IMG/VR virus record: IMGVR_UViG_3300048550_000839
Span: 1-59,063 of that record
Reading direction: 5' to 3' (one strand)
Source: a virus
Taxonomy: Duplodnaviria; Caudoviricetes
DNA: 59,063 nt
This document shows positions 8,925-18,816 of the stretch, piece after piece (position 1 is the first letter of the stretch; every line of letters starts with the position of its first letter). Position numbers and translations under genes: made by a program. A model generated the notes under the pieces. It saw only the letters and a program-made list of their open reading frames with translations, had not been told where the DNA came from and did no database searches.

Positions 8925-11629
8925 AATGTCATATAAATTTCTCTTGCTTCTTCAAAATCTGGTATATCTTTAAATGCAGCATCAAGTCTAGCATTCATAC
9001 TAGTATCGTTATACTTAAACAGATAAGGTTCAAGTATGCTTAATGCATCTTCTATAGTATTGTCATTCCCGTATTCGTCGTCTAATCCTACAGACTTGTA
9101 TAATTCTTCGAGTTTTTTCATAAATGCTAATAAATTAATTGAGGATATAAGCTCACCTCTGCCCGCAATATCACCTCTGAAATTTTGTAATTCGTCAAGC
9201 ACACTACTAATTTCATCTACGGAATTAATTATCTCTTCTTTGTTATCCTCTGCGTCTTGTTCTTTGGGATTAATGCCTATTTTATCTAATAGCGCCAGTG
9301 AGTCTTCGTCTGATCTCCACCAATCTTTTTCTTCTATTACACGTTGTAGATCACCATCAAAATATTTGTCTACTAGATCAAAATCTTCTCTGCTAACTAA
9401 TGATTTTACAAGTCTTCTAAGGTGCTCCTCGTCGACATTATTAAACACACCTAAGAATGTAGTTCTATCTAATGCCTTTTTGAATTCATCTGCAACACCT
9501 TTTGGTGCAACAAAAGCAATTACCTCTAACGGACTTTTGCCTTTACTCTCAGCAAATTTTGTTAATAGTTTTGCCATTAACGGATTGCTATCAGTTGTGT
9601 TTTCAGAAAAGAATTTGTTTGTCCACGCATTGTCGCCTTTTCCACCAAGTTCAAATTCAATAAATTCACCTGTCTGTTGTTTGAATCCAGGATAAATTGT
9701 GTCAATGTATAATTTACTTGGATTGTTTTGTTCGAATATAAGGTCAACTGCTGCTAAAATAATGTCTTCTTTTTGGCTTGCTAGATCTCTAACAATATCA
9801 AGTTCTTCGTCAGTTAAAGCTATTTCTTCCTCACCGTCTGGTATTTCAAATGCTCTACTTCCTAGTCCTTCGTCTTGGTATCTTTCATCGAAATAAATGT
9901 TAGCATTTCCGCCATCTATCTCTCCATCGCCGTCATTATCTTCGCCATTGCCCACTAACCATTGTCTATCTCTAGCAATTGCGCTTTCAAAAAATGCAGT
10001 AGGATCAGTACCTGATTTTGCATATACTGTGCCTTCTTCAATAATACCTTTAAGTCTCAATGGGCCTAACGGAGCATACTCTGCAAATGGTGGCAAATGT
10101 GCGTAAAATCTTACCATTTCAGGATATGTATTATTCATAACATCTATGAATGCATTTATTGCTGAAATTCTTTCGTCTAATGTAGGTGCTGCATATAAAT
10201 CAGGAAGTGTGCCACCGGTTGATTCAATTGCTGATCGTAGTAATGCATCTTCTAATATAACATCAAAAACCTCTGGTTCTATATCTGGCCTTGTTCTAGT
10301 CATTACGGCCATTATTTCAAATTCTTTATCACTGTTTGGCGCAGTAACAGTTATGCTATCTTGTTGTCCAAATTGTATTGCGCTATGATATATACGTGGA
10401 TTTATTCTTTTTATTCTAAGTAGATGAGAAACAAATATACGTTCATACAAAGCTTCGTCTAATTCGTCTACCATACGTAAACTTAAATTATTACCTGTTA
10501 AACTATTATATTCAGATGCAACTATATCATAATCTTTTGCATTTGCAAGTTGCATCATAGCTTCTTCTATACTAACATCGTTGCTTTCAACACGAGCAGA
10601 AGTAAACACAGCAAAATAACGATTCTCAAATGCTTCTTCTATTTTTTCAGCCAACTGCCTTGCTGTAATTTGATCTATATTTGCTACATCATTTTGCTCG
10701 GACTTAGCATCTTCTTCTGCTTGTTTTTGTAGTCTGTCTTGTATTGTTTGTGATCCACGTTCAAATTGGTATTGTGCAATACTAGCAAAATGTATGTATA
10801 ATAGTTTTGGTTTATTTAAATCTTCTCTATTTATATTAGGACCTAAATAAGTGGTTTGTAAAAGTCTTAATCTTTCAAAGCCAGGAATTAATGTAGTATC
10901 GCCTGCTATTTTACTAGGAACTTTAGTTGTTGGAGGTAAAGGACGCAAAATAGCACGTAGATTATCAAAAAGTAAATCTACATTTCTTGATTTGTTCATA
11001 ATTGAATCAATACTATCATCTACATAATCTTTTATTAAGTCAGCTGTTGTGCCTTCAAATTGTCCTGTAAATCGTTGATTAACAATCGGAGTTAATACTG
11101 CTGCCCATCCATCTCTGCCAATATTTTGTATAAAAGTAGCATAATCAGTAACATTGTTAACATCACCGTTTGCAAATCTATTTTCATCAAATGCTCTACG
11201 TATTTTTACAAAATTATCTAGTGCAGTTTGTAATTCTCTATTTTCTAAAAAACCTAAATTATTCAAAGGAGCCAGTAGTATTTTACCATCTTCTTGATTA
11301 ATAACTCCATTTACTGTCAAAGGCCGTGTAGTCGAATTAGCAGGTAAATCGGCAATTTGGATGTTAATGCTTTCTTGCCACGTTCTTATAGCATTTCCTA
11401 AATTAGCATCAAATATACCTGTTTCGCCGCCTGTCCACGCTTTGTCGTTATTAGGCCACCAATTACCTTCTGTTCTTTCGCCTTTTGCTAGAGAATGTTT
11501 TGCCAAAGCCCGCTGTATAGATTTAATTAATTCTTGGTCATTACTATCAGGACCAACGTAAACATTAATGTTTCTATTACTAGCAAAAGCTCTTAAAGCA
11601 TCTTCCTTTAAGACGTCAAAAAGTTTCAT
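8906..11629 (-). CDS. Large acidic protein with N-terminal peptidoglycan-binding-like domain and annexin-like repeats
   Basis: IQRAL...TGIFDANLGNAIRTWQ...LTVNGVI; helical repeats DYDIVASEYNSLTGNNL and VDEEHL...DGDLQRVI. Confidence 0.5.
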   Translation of the reverse strand: MKLFDVLKEDALRAFASNRNINVYVGPDSNDQELIKSIQRALAKHSLAKGERTEGNWWPNNDKAWTGGETGIFDANLGNAIRTWQESINIQIADLPANSTTRPLTVNGVINQEDGKILLAPLNNLGFLENRELQTALDNFVKIRRAFDENRFANGDVNNVTDYATFIQNIGRDGWAAVLTPIVNQRFTGQFEGTTADLIKDYVDDSIDSIMNKSRNVDLLFDNLRAILRPLPPTTKVPSKIAGDTTLIPGFERLRLLQTTYLGPNINREDLNKPKLLYIHFASIAQYQFERGSQTIQDRLQKQAEEDAKSEQNDVANIDQITARQLAEKIEEAFENRYFAVFTSARVESNDVSIEEAMMQLANAKDYDIVASEYNSLTGNNLSLRMVDELDEALYERIFVSHLLRIKRINPRIYHSAIQFGQQDSITVTAPNSDKEFEIMAVMTRTRPDIEPEVFDVILEDALLRSAIESTGGTLPDLYAAPTLDERISAINAFIDVMNNTYPEMVRFYAHLPPFAEYAPLGPLRLKGIIEEGTVYAKSGTDPTAFFESAIARDRQWLVGNGEDNDGDGEIDGGNANIYFDERYQDEGLGSRAFEIPDGEEEIALTDEELDIVRDLASQKEDIILAAVDLIFEQNNPSKLYIDTIYPGFKQQTGEFIEFELGGKGDNAWTNKFFSENTTDSNPLMAKLLTKFAESKGKSPLEVIAFVAPKGVADEFKKALDRTTFLGVFNNVDEEHLRRLVKSLVSREDFDLVDKYFDGDLQRVIEEKDWWRSDEDSLALLDKIGINPKEQDAEDNKEEIINSVDEISSVLDELQNFRGDIAGRGELISSINLLAFMKKLEELYKSVGLDDEYGNDNTIEDALSILEPYLFKYNDTSMNARLDAAFKDIPDFEEAREIYMTLWEEFN

Positions 11630-12358
11630 TTACATTCCCATTTTTACACTAAGTGCAGCATACAACTGATCTTTAATACTGTCAACACTTGATTCTTTTG
11701 CATTTTTAGTTGCTGTAGCATACATTACTGCTTCTGCATCATCACCGTAACGATCTTTAAAGTCGCTTTTGTTTTTCTTCATACCTTTAACAAGACGTTC
11801 TTTTTCTTTTTCTTCACCTTTGGAAAGTTCTCGCTCATTTACAGATTCTTCCATACTTGTTGCGGCTGCTGTTGCTGCTTTGTTAATTTCTTGTTCACTT
11901 GCATCTGGCATAATGGCTTTAATCGCACGATAGATTGCTTTATACAATTCACCAGTTGGGCTAAATCCTATTTTTTTAGCAATACTTCCTTGACCAAAGC
12001 TTTTGTCAATAGCAGTCGTAAATGCATCATCATCTTCGCCAACTAACTTGTCTTTTAATGGATGTTTAGTCCGCCCTGGTTCTGCTTTAGGCATTGGATC
12101 TTTACCACGAGCATAGTCACCGTGTTTTTGACCTTCATTTATCTTAATGCCTGCTAGTGCTGCAAAATCTCTAACACTGTAATCTTTATCCATTTGTAAT
12201 GAGCCTTCTGGCACCGCGGCACTTTCTGCAATATAGTCTACTTTTTCAACAGGTGCCGGAGCATTGCCACCTGCTTGTGCTCGTAGTTGTGCTAATTCTT
12301 GTTGTGGATCCACTGGATCCATTGCAAATAGTTTGTGTTGTAATGCATTGTAATCCAT
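11630..12358 (-). CDS. Hypothetical protein, putative head/internal protein
   Basis: Modules separated by (I/V/L)xE sites; C-terminal VKGMKK..FKDRYG...VMYATATK module. Confidence 0.6.
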   Translation of the reverse strand: MDYNALQHKLFAMDPVDPQQELAQLRAQAGGNAPAPVEKVDYIAESAAVPEGSLQMDKDYSVRDFAALAGIKINEGQKHGDYARGKDPMPKAEPGRTKHPLKDKLVGEDDDAFTTAIDKSFGQGSIAKKIGFSPTGELYKAIYRAIKAIMPDASEQEINKAATAAATSMEESVNERELSKGEEKEKERLVKGMKKNKSDFKDRYGDDAEAVMYATATKNAKESSVDSIKDQLYAALSVKMGM

Positions 12359-12368
12359 TGCGAATTCC

Positions 12369-12896
12369 TTACATTTTTACGCAGTTGTCTACAGTTTTAC
12401 CGCCTTTTTTCTTAGTGCCCATACGCTTGTAGCCTTTCCAGCATACTTTGCCGTCAACACCTTTTTGCTTTTCTTCTGGGAGTGTAGTATAACTTGGCTT
12501 ACTACAATCAGGACATAAGTCTTTTGACTCTGTTATTTCTTTCATTTTCATAGCTAAACTTCCTTTGTATGATTTGATTTCTCCGTCACTTAAAATTTTA
12601 GTAAACTTTTTTGGTTTGACAGACTCTGGAATTTTTGGTGAATCCATATTCATTTCATAATCTAAGCTATGGAATACACTACTTAAATAATCTGCTGCTT
12701 TTGTTATTTTAGCTTGTTGCCATCCCTCAATGCCTTCTGCTTCACTTACGTTTTTCATCATTTCGTGAAGTTTGATAGAATACTTGGCAATTTTATACAA
12801 ATCACTACGTGCCATTTGTACTTCGTGATCACGTTCTGCGGCGTCTGCTAGATCCGCAAGACCTTCTTTGATTTTGTCTTTCATTATATGCTCCAA
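12369..12896 (-). CDS. Hypothetical protein, putative head/internal protein
   Basis: DHEVQMARSDL...WQQAKIT module and C-terminal CWKGYKRMG..KKKGGKTVDNCV module. Confidence 0.6.
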   Translation of the reverse strand: MEHIMKDKIKEGLADLADAAERDHEVQMARSDLYKIAKYSIKLHEMMKNVSEAEGIEGWQQAKITKAADYLSSVFHSLDYEMNMDSPKIPESVKPKKFTKILSDGEIKSYKGSLAMKMKEITESKDLCPDCSKPSYTTLPEEKQKGVDGKVCWKGYKRMGTKKKGGKTVDNCVKM

Positions 12897-12912
12897 ATAG
12901 TAATTACTATAC

Positions 12913-12920
12913 TATTTATC
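12913..12920 (-). promoter_or_regulatory. Late promoter motif GATAAATA
   Basis: T4-like TATAAATA variant, repeated just upstream of several late genes. Confidence 0.6.
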
Positions 12921-12928
12921 TAAGAGCT

Positions 12929-13447
12929 TTAGGACTTTTTCTTTTTCTTAGATTTTGGGGAATTAGTTTTTGCTGTACCAGTTCTACTTTGCATAGGAGC
13001 CATTGGCTGTGCTACTGCTGCTACTGAACCTGCACTTGTAGTTTCGTGCATACTTTCGCCTTTAGCATACATTTTTGCATCGCGATCAATCTCGTCATCA
13101 CTCGGTGCATCAAAATCATTATCAGTATTGTTTGTATCATCTAATCCGCCATCTTTGTGATCAGCTTTGAGTTTACTTTGTTCTGCTTGTACTTTTTGCG
13201 CAAATGCAACTAACTTTTTAATTACTTCTCTAGGAATACGACTTTTCTTTTCTACATCTGCTAAGTTTTTAGGACCAAATGTTGCACCATAACTTGTGAG
13301 TTCATCTCCAACTCTTGCCATAGCATTGCTTAATGCATCATCTTTAACAGTAGATGCCTGGGTTTTTAGAATGTGACCTAACGTAACTAATTTACGTTCT
13401 TGAGGTGTTAAATCAAAATTATCTGTTGCAATCTCATTTATCTTCAT
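12929..13447 (-). CDS. Hypothetical protein (MKINEI N-terminus)
   Basis: GGAG RBS; capsid-targeting-like start; basic tail. Confidence 0.6.
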   Translation of the reverse strand: MKINEIATDNFDLTPQERKLVTLGHILKTQASTVKDDALSNAMARVGDELTSYGATFGPKNLADVEKKSRIPREVIKKLVAFAQKVQAEQSKLKADHKDGGLDDTNNTDNDFDAPSDDEIDRDAKMYAKGESMHETTSAGSVAAVAQPMAPMQSRTGTAKTNSPKSKKKKKS

Positions 13448-13547
13448 TGTATTTTCTCCAATATGCGTTGCGTTCGTTTGTACTTGCTCTACGTGCTTCG
13501 TGTTCTTTATATTTAGTTATGTAGTGTGCAAGTTCTTCTTTTGTCAT
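13434..13547 (-). CDS. Small 37-aa ORF not in track (MTKEELAHY...YNEDK)
   Basis: ATGA overlap with upstream stop; fills the gap between genes. Confidence 0.4.
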   Translation of the reverse strand: MTKEELAHYITKYKEHEARRASTNERNAYWRKYNEDK

Positions 13548-14278
13548 TTCTTCTTACGTCCTGACTTCATATTAGCACACCAGTGATACATTTTAGCCTT
13601 TTCGCCACTTGCGTTCTTAGCACGTTTGCGTAATGCTGTTACACTACCATTACAACTAGCACCCGACTTCTTTACTCTACCAGGACGACTTTTGCCTTTT
13701 TTCTTACCATCAGCAAAGTTTTCACCGACTGCTTGTTTAATTGCTTTTGCTGTTCTTTCAAACTTGTGATCTTTATACTTGAAACCAATTCCGCCAGCAT
13801 CTTCCCAAGCATTTATATTGACACCATAGTCATCAATTAATATATTAGATGTTCCATCATCATTTTTTGCAAACTGTGGTTTATTGTGTGTAATGTAAAC
13901 ATCTTTTGGAGGGAAAAATGCTAAATTCTTTTTGATCCATTCACGCTTATGTGGTTCAGACTTTGGATCATCAGCTAATGGAGTACTACAAATATAATAT
14001 TCATTTTTTACTTTTTTTACCAAACCAAGTAAATCTTTTGCTTGTGGTAATAAAGGCAAGTTTAGCCAAAATTCGTCAGTGTCTCTTATCTTTTGTAGAG
14101 CATCATCTATATTGTGTTGTTTATTAATTTGAGTGAAATGATCAACTTGCATAATCTTTGCCCATTCACCAAAAAAATCAGCAAGTACACCATCCATATC
14201 AATATATATTTTTGTATTTGGATTTAATCCTACTTCCTCTTTCAAAGAAGCAAAATTTTTAATCTCAGAAAATCGCAT
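13544..14278 (-). CDS. 5'(3')-deoxyribonucleotidase-like HAD protein with basic C-terminal module
   Basis: IYIDMDGVLADF, ICSTP, K, ILIDD; start moved to MRFSEI (GGAG RBS). Confidence 0.8.
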   Translation of the reverse strand: MRFSEIKNFASLKEEVGLNPNTKIYIDMDGVLADFFGEWAKIMQVDHFTQINKQHNIDDALQKIRDTDEFWLNLPLLPQAKDLLGLVKKVKNEYYICSTPLADDPKSEPHKREWIKKNLAFFPPKDVYITHNKPQFAKNDDGTSNILIDDYGVNINAWEDAGGIGFKYKDHKFERTAKAIKQAVGENFADGKKKGKSRPGRVKKSGASCNGSVTALRKRAKNASGEKAKMYHWCANMKSGRKKK

Positions 14279-14606
14279 CCAAGTCTCCATTTGTAATAGC
14301 TGAAAATATGCTTCCTGGTTTTTTGGGCCTGATTGCAATATCTTCTAAACTATGCCCACCTTCTATGCAAGCCCATTCCATTGCTGTATAACGTGGTTGT
14401 GTGCTTTCTGCTAATCCTAAATTATAAAGAACGTTTGTGCTGTTACCTTTTACTTTTTTACTTAGAGTAGGAGGACGTCCGTCTTTGTCTACTTTGTTGC
14501 CAAACTTTGCTGCTTCAATACTGGTTTGGTTCACACCGACATCAGGAGTAGTGTTTACACCTTTTACAATACGTCCTACACCTTCATCTATGTGTTCAAT
14601 CTTCAA
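14265..14606 (-). CDS. Hypothetical protein, putative head/internal protein
   Basis: MKIEHIDEG start; IEGGHSLE motif; overlaps neighbours. Confidence 0.55.
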   Translation of the reverse strand: MKIEHIDEGVGRIVKGVNTTPDVGVNQTSIEAAKFGNKVDKDGRPPTLSKKVKGNSTNVLYNLGLAESTQPRYTAMEWACIEGGHSLEDIAIRPKKPGSIFSAITNGDLDAIF

Positions 14607-14802
14607 CTGGTTTTTCTCCTGTTAAGTGTGGCTGACTAAACCAAAGTTTAAACCATTCTTCTGTGCCAGGTTGTATTTTCTTTTTACGTTGAATACGAGA
14701 TTTTTCTGTGCCTGTTACACTTATATTCTCAGGGACATACGGAGTGAACCCTGTAAATTTATTACGTATACCTGCAAGATGTTTTAAGTCGGCAATATCC
14801 AT
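14596..14802 (-). CDS. Hypothetical protein
   Basis: LKHLAGI...IQPGTEEWFKLWFS; translationally coupled. Confidence 0.55.
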   Translation of the reverse strand: MDIADLKHLAGIRNKFTGFTPYVPENISVTGTEKSRIQRKKKIQPGTEEWFKLWFSQPHLTGEKPVED

Positions 14803-15326
14803 TAGACTGCTGCTTTTCTCGCCTGGCTAATTGCTCGTGCTAAATCTGCAGGAGCTGCTTTTGGAAACTTTTTTCGCATATCATTTAGTAACTGTTTGTC
14901 TGTTTTAAAATTTAGGCGTTTTTTTGCAAAGTCCATATAATCTTTAAACGGATCTTTTCCACCGTGCATAATTTTGTTACCAACATTCTGCACAAAATCC
15001 ATAACACCTTCATTTACTTCTTGTAATTCGTCTTGTATTAATTCACTTACAAGAACTGTTATATCTTTTTTATTTAATAATTCGTTTGGTGCAAAAGGTA
15101 ATTCAAATTTAGAACAATAATTTTTTAAACCGTTGTTTACCATATCGTACAAGCATTTAGGTTTCTTGGTTTTCTTATAATCTTCAAAAGCCGGAAAAAA
15201 TGATTTCCTATAAAACATTGGGTCATTTCTTATGTAAATTTTAAGATCTTCTTTTACATCATAATCAGGAGCTGGATAAATTTCTTTAGGAATATCCATA
15301 TCGTGAAATTCATTTATTTTTACCAT
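14802..15326 (-). CDS. Hypothetical protein (MVKINEF start)
   Basis: Coupled ORF; NDPMFYRK motif. Confidence 0.55.
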   Translation of the reverse strand: MVKINEFHDMDIPKEIYPAPDYDVKEDLKIYIRNDPMFYRKSFFPAFEDYKKTKKPKCLYDMVNNGLKNYCSKFELPFAPNELLNKKDITVLVSELIQDELQEVNEGVMDFVQNVGNKIMHGGKDPFKDYMDFAKKRLNFKTDKQLLNDMRKKFPKAAPADLARAISQARKAAV

Positions 15327-15892
15327 TTTCTACAACTCCAGTAACGTGCCTTATGACGTGGTCCTGGATTATCACAGTTGTGTCTTGCACGGAAACTTCT
15401 TCTACGTGCTGCATTGTCTTTTTTAATCCTTGCACCTTTTTGTCCAAAGTTTACTTTAACTACGTTGCCTTTTGGATTCTTAACATATACTTTAAACTTT
15501 TTAGTATCGCCTGCCATTGGCTTGCCTAGTTTGACTTTACGTCCTTGATATTCTGCTTCCCATACACCTTCGTCATCCACATATCCTGGATATCCAAAAT
15601 ATTCGTGAAAGTCTTGGTTATCTTCTAATGTTACTTCATTAACATTATCAAACTCTTCTGTTGCATTTATTTCAAAATCATTTAGTCCTAGTTCGAACAG
15701 TTTCATTGCTACTCCTTTTATTTCATCCTCATTTAGTGCAAACATAGTGTCAATGGTAACTGTCAAAGAGTTTTTACTTTCTTCTAATGTGTACTCACTT
15801 ACATTTTCAAATAGTTTATTGTTTGTAGTAGATAGAGTTTCTGCTACAAGTTGATGATCAAAGTTTGCAAAGGTAATACTTAAATAGTGCAT
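15320..15892 (-). CDS. Hypothetical protein with acidic N-half and basic C-terminal module
   Basis: EAEYQGRKVKL...KKFKVYV...VNFG...SFRARHNC...RYWSCRKW, a motif I recognise from T4-like marine phages. Confidence 0.65.
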   Translation of the reverse strand: MHYLSITFANFDHQLVAETLSTTNNKLFENVSEYTLEESKNSLTVTIDTMFALNEDEIKGVAMKLFELGLNDFEINATEEFDNVNEVTLEDNQDFHEYFGYPGYVDDEGVWEAEYQGRKVKLGKPMAGDTKKFKVYVKNPKGNVVKVNFGQKGARIKKDNAARRRSFRARHNCDNPGPRHKARYWSCRKW

Positions 15893-15896
15893 AATA

Positions 15897-16592
15897 CTAT
15901 TTATCTGTGTAAACTAATTGCTCTATTCTTTGTATGTTATCGCCTACTATCATTTGTGCTAATAATAATGCTTTTGTGTCGCGAACATAAAAATAATAAC
16001 CTTTTACATAACCTGAGGAAGCACACGTTTCCTTAGCTTTTGCACCTATTCTACCTAAATGAGGATTGCTATCTAACCATTTTGCTAGTGCAGGCTTACC
16101 ACGTTGTCTTCCCAGTGTAATTTTGTATTCATAATTTGGAGGAGTATCTACTAAAATGATATTTTTATTATTTTGTAAAAGGCTTACCTGCAATGGATCT
16201 GGTTCATAAAATTCTATCCAATTTACTTTTAATTTATTAGATAGTCCAATTAAAAATTTTCTATCATTAGCATACAACATTAAATTATTTAATTCAACAC
16301 GTATTAAATAATCAATTTCTGTTTTGACTAAATGTCTATATATTGTTATTGCATCATAATAATGTTGATTATCGATTCTTTCTCTAAAAAGATTTCCGGA
16401 AAGATCTATTCCAGTTTTCTTAAAATTATGATGTCTATTACATTCGTCTAATTTGCCTTTTGCATAACTCAACGTACCTTCTTTTTGGAACTCTGTCCTA
16501 AAGAAAGACGAACATTGGTTGCGTATACTTAATTTATAAAGGTACTTATTATAATGTAATTTTTTAGATTCAAACAGTTTCATTTTCTTCAA
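15897..16592 (-). CDS. Hypothetical protein
   Basis: 231-aa ORF overlapping the clpA end. Confidence 0.55.
   Translation of the reverse strand: MKKMKLFESKKLHYNKYLYKLSIRNQCSSFFRTEFQKEGTLSYAKGKLDECNRHHNFKKTGIDLSGNLFRERIDNQHYYDAITIYRHLVKTEIDYLIRVELNNLMLYANDRKFLIGLSNKLKVNWIEFYEPDPLQVSLLQNNKNIILVDTPPNYEYKITLGRQRGKPALAKWLDSNPHLGRIGAKAKETCASSGYVKGYYFYVRDTKALLLAQMIVGDNIQRIEQLVYTDK
15898..15905 (-). promoter_or_regulatory. Late promoter motif GATAAATA
   Basis: 5 nt upstream of ATG 15892, at the head of the internal-protein cluster. Confidence 0.55.
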
Positions 16593-18816
16593 CTAAACAA
16601 TCTAATTGTATCTCATCATTCCTAAAATCAATAGTAACACTACCTCCGTTTTTTAAATTGCCAAATAACATCTTTTTACTTAATGGTCTTTTAATTTGAT
16701 TATCAATTACACGTTGTAAAGGACGAGCACCCATTTTGGGATTAAACCCTTTATCAACTAAGAAGTCAAGTGCTTCGTCTGTAATTTCGATTGCAATGTC
16801 TTTTTCCTGTACTTGCTTTTTAAGTTCTAGTAAAAACTTACCAACAATTTTCATCATAACAGGTTTATCAAGTTTACCAAATGTAATTACACCGTCTAGT
16901 CTGTTACGGAACTCTGGTGCAAAGTATTTTTTAAAGTCTGTATCTTCATATTCTTTATCAATATCTTCGCCGAATCCGATAGCATTTTTTTCTGCTTCTT
17001 GTGCGCCTAAGTTAGTTGTTAAAATAAGTGTACAATTACGAGCATCTGCTTCTTTACCATTAGACCCTGTGATTTTGCCATTATCCATAATTTGTAATAA
17101 GATTTGTGATACATCTGGATGTGCTTTTTCGACTTCATCTAATAGTAGTACACAGTTTGGATTCTCTTGCAATTTAATAATTAATTGTCCTGCATCTTCT
17201 TCAAATCCAACATATCCAGGAGGCGATCCAATCAGTTTACTGATACTATGCTTTTCTTGAAATTCGCTCATATCAAACCGCACTAATTTCACACCTAGTT
17301 GTTCTGCTAATTGTTTACTAAGTTCTGTTTTTCCTACACCTGTTGGCCCCATAAACACAAAAGATCCTACTGGCTTGTTTTCACTTTTTAGTCCTGCTTG
17401 TGCAACTAGTATTTTGTCTACAATATCTTCTATAGCTTTATCTTGTCCATACACAACATTTTTTAAGTTATCTTCTAAGTGTGCTAAATTTTCACTTTCA
17501 CGTTCTTTGACTTGCTCTTCAGGTAAGTTAATCATTTTTGCCAGTTCAAATTGAATATTGTCTTCAGTGACAACTTTATTTTCTATTTGATCATTTACTT
17601 TGAACCTACTACACGCAACATCTATTAAGTCAATTGCTTTATCTGGCAATTTTTTGTCAGTTTGGTATTTTACACTGAGTTTTACCGCAGCAGCAATTGC
17701 TTCTTCTGTAATAGTTGTATTATGATAACTTTCATAATACTGTTTAATACCAGTAAGGATTTTGACTGTATTTTCTTCTGATGGTTCATCTACGTTTACT
17801 CTTTGGAATCTACGCATTAATGCACGATCCTTTTCAAAGGATTTACGATACTCTTCCCAAGTTGTACTTGCAACAACTTTAAGGTTGCCTTTTGTCAAAG
17901 CAGGCTTTAACATATTTGCTAAGTCATTGCTACTATTGCTTCCGCTTGCTCCTGCACCACTAATCATATGTGCTTCGTCAATAAACATAATAGTTTTGCC
18001 TTTTTTCTGCAATGCAGAAATGACTAATTTAAAACGTTCTTCAAAATCACCTCTGTATTTAGATCCAGCAAGCATACTACCAATATCTAATGTATAAACA
18101 TTATATTCCTTGAGAAATTCCGGCACATTGCCATTAACAATATTAAATGCTAGTCCTTCTGCAATAGCAGTTTTACCAACACCTGGTTCACCAACCATTA
18201 ATACATTGCTTTTCGTTCTACGTCCAAGTGCAAGAGCAACTTGTTCTAATTCTTCACTACGTCCAATAATGGGATCAATTTTATTGTTTTTTACAGCAGC
18301 GTTTAAGTCATCTGTAAACTCTTTAAGTGCTTTATTTGCAATACCTAAATTCTCAGGGCTCTCGTCATCAATTTGCCTATTAAATTCAGTGCTAATGTAA
18401 TCTGCAAACTGCTGTTTGTTTACATTTGCTTGCTGTGTTATAAAATAAGCATAACTTTTCTTTTCACTAAGTATGCTTAAAAAAACATCTGAAATTTCGA
18501 TCATATTACGCATACTAAAAAGCACTTGTGTAAACGCTCTATTCAATACACGTTCTACTGTTTGTGTCTTAGCAGGTTTATAATCTTTTCCTTTTTCTAC
18601 AACAATATTATCAAGTTTTGTTTTTAAAAAATTTTCTAAATTTTTCTTGATATATTCAACATCTGTACCATATCCAGTTACAAGATCACAGAAATTATTT
18701 TCACACAACATTGCATATAGTAAATGCTCTAATGTGACATATTCGTGTCGTAGTTTTTTTGCATCTTTTACTACTTTGTCAAATACAAGTTGTAATTCTT
18801 TAGATGGTTCTACCAT
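16570..18816 (-). CDS. clpA: ATP-dependent Clp protease ATP-binding subunit ClpA
   Basis: N-domain HEYVTLEHLL, GEPGVGKT, FIDEAH, GPTGVGKT, LLLDEVEKAHPD, ClpP-binding IGF loop; no ClpB coiled coil. Confidence 0.93.
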   Translation of the reverse strand: MVEPSKELQLVFDKVVKDAKKLRHEYVTLEHLLYAMLCENNFCDLVTGYGTDVEYIKKNLENFLKTKLDNIVVEKGKDYKPAKTQTVERVLNRAFTQVLFSMRNMIEISDVFLSILSEKKSYAYFITQQANVNKQQFADYISTEFNRQIDDESPENLGIANKALKEFTDDLNAAVKNNKIDPIIGRSEELEQVALALGRRTKSNVLMVGEPGVGKTAIAEGLAFNIVNGNVPEFLKEYNVYTLDIGSMLAGSKYRGDFEERFKLVISALQKKGKTIMFIDEAHMISGAGASGSNSSNDLANMLKPALTKGNLKVVASTTWEEYRKSFEKDRALMRRFQRVNVDEPSEENTVKILTGIKQYYESYHNTTITEEAIAAAVKLSVKYQTDKKLPDKAIDLIDVACSRFKVNDQIENKVVTEDNIQFELAKMINLPEEQVKERESENLAHLEDNLKNVVYGQDKAIEDIVDKILVAQAGLKSENKPVGSFVFMGPTGVGKTELSKQLAEQLGVKLVRFDMSEFQEKHSISKLIGSPPGYVGFEEDAGQLIIKLQENPNCVLLLDEVEKAHPDVSQILLQIMDNGKITGSNGKEADARNCTLILTTNLGAQEAEKNAIGFGEDIDKEYEDTDFKKYFAPEFRNRLDGVITFGKLDKPVMMKIVGKFLLELKKQVQEKDIAIEITDEALDFLVDKGFNPKMGARPLQRVIDNQIKRPLSKKMLFGNLKNGGSVTIDFRNDEIQLDCLVEENETV

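Noticed and set aside
9036-10388. Long plus-strand ORFs (e.g. 219 aa at 9036-9695)
   Set aside because: Ser/Leu-rich antisense shadows of the minus-strand gene; no motifs or RBS
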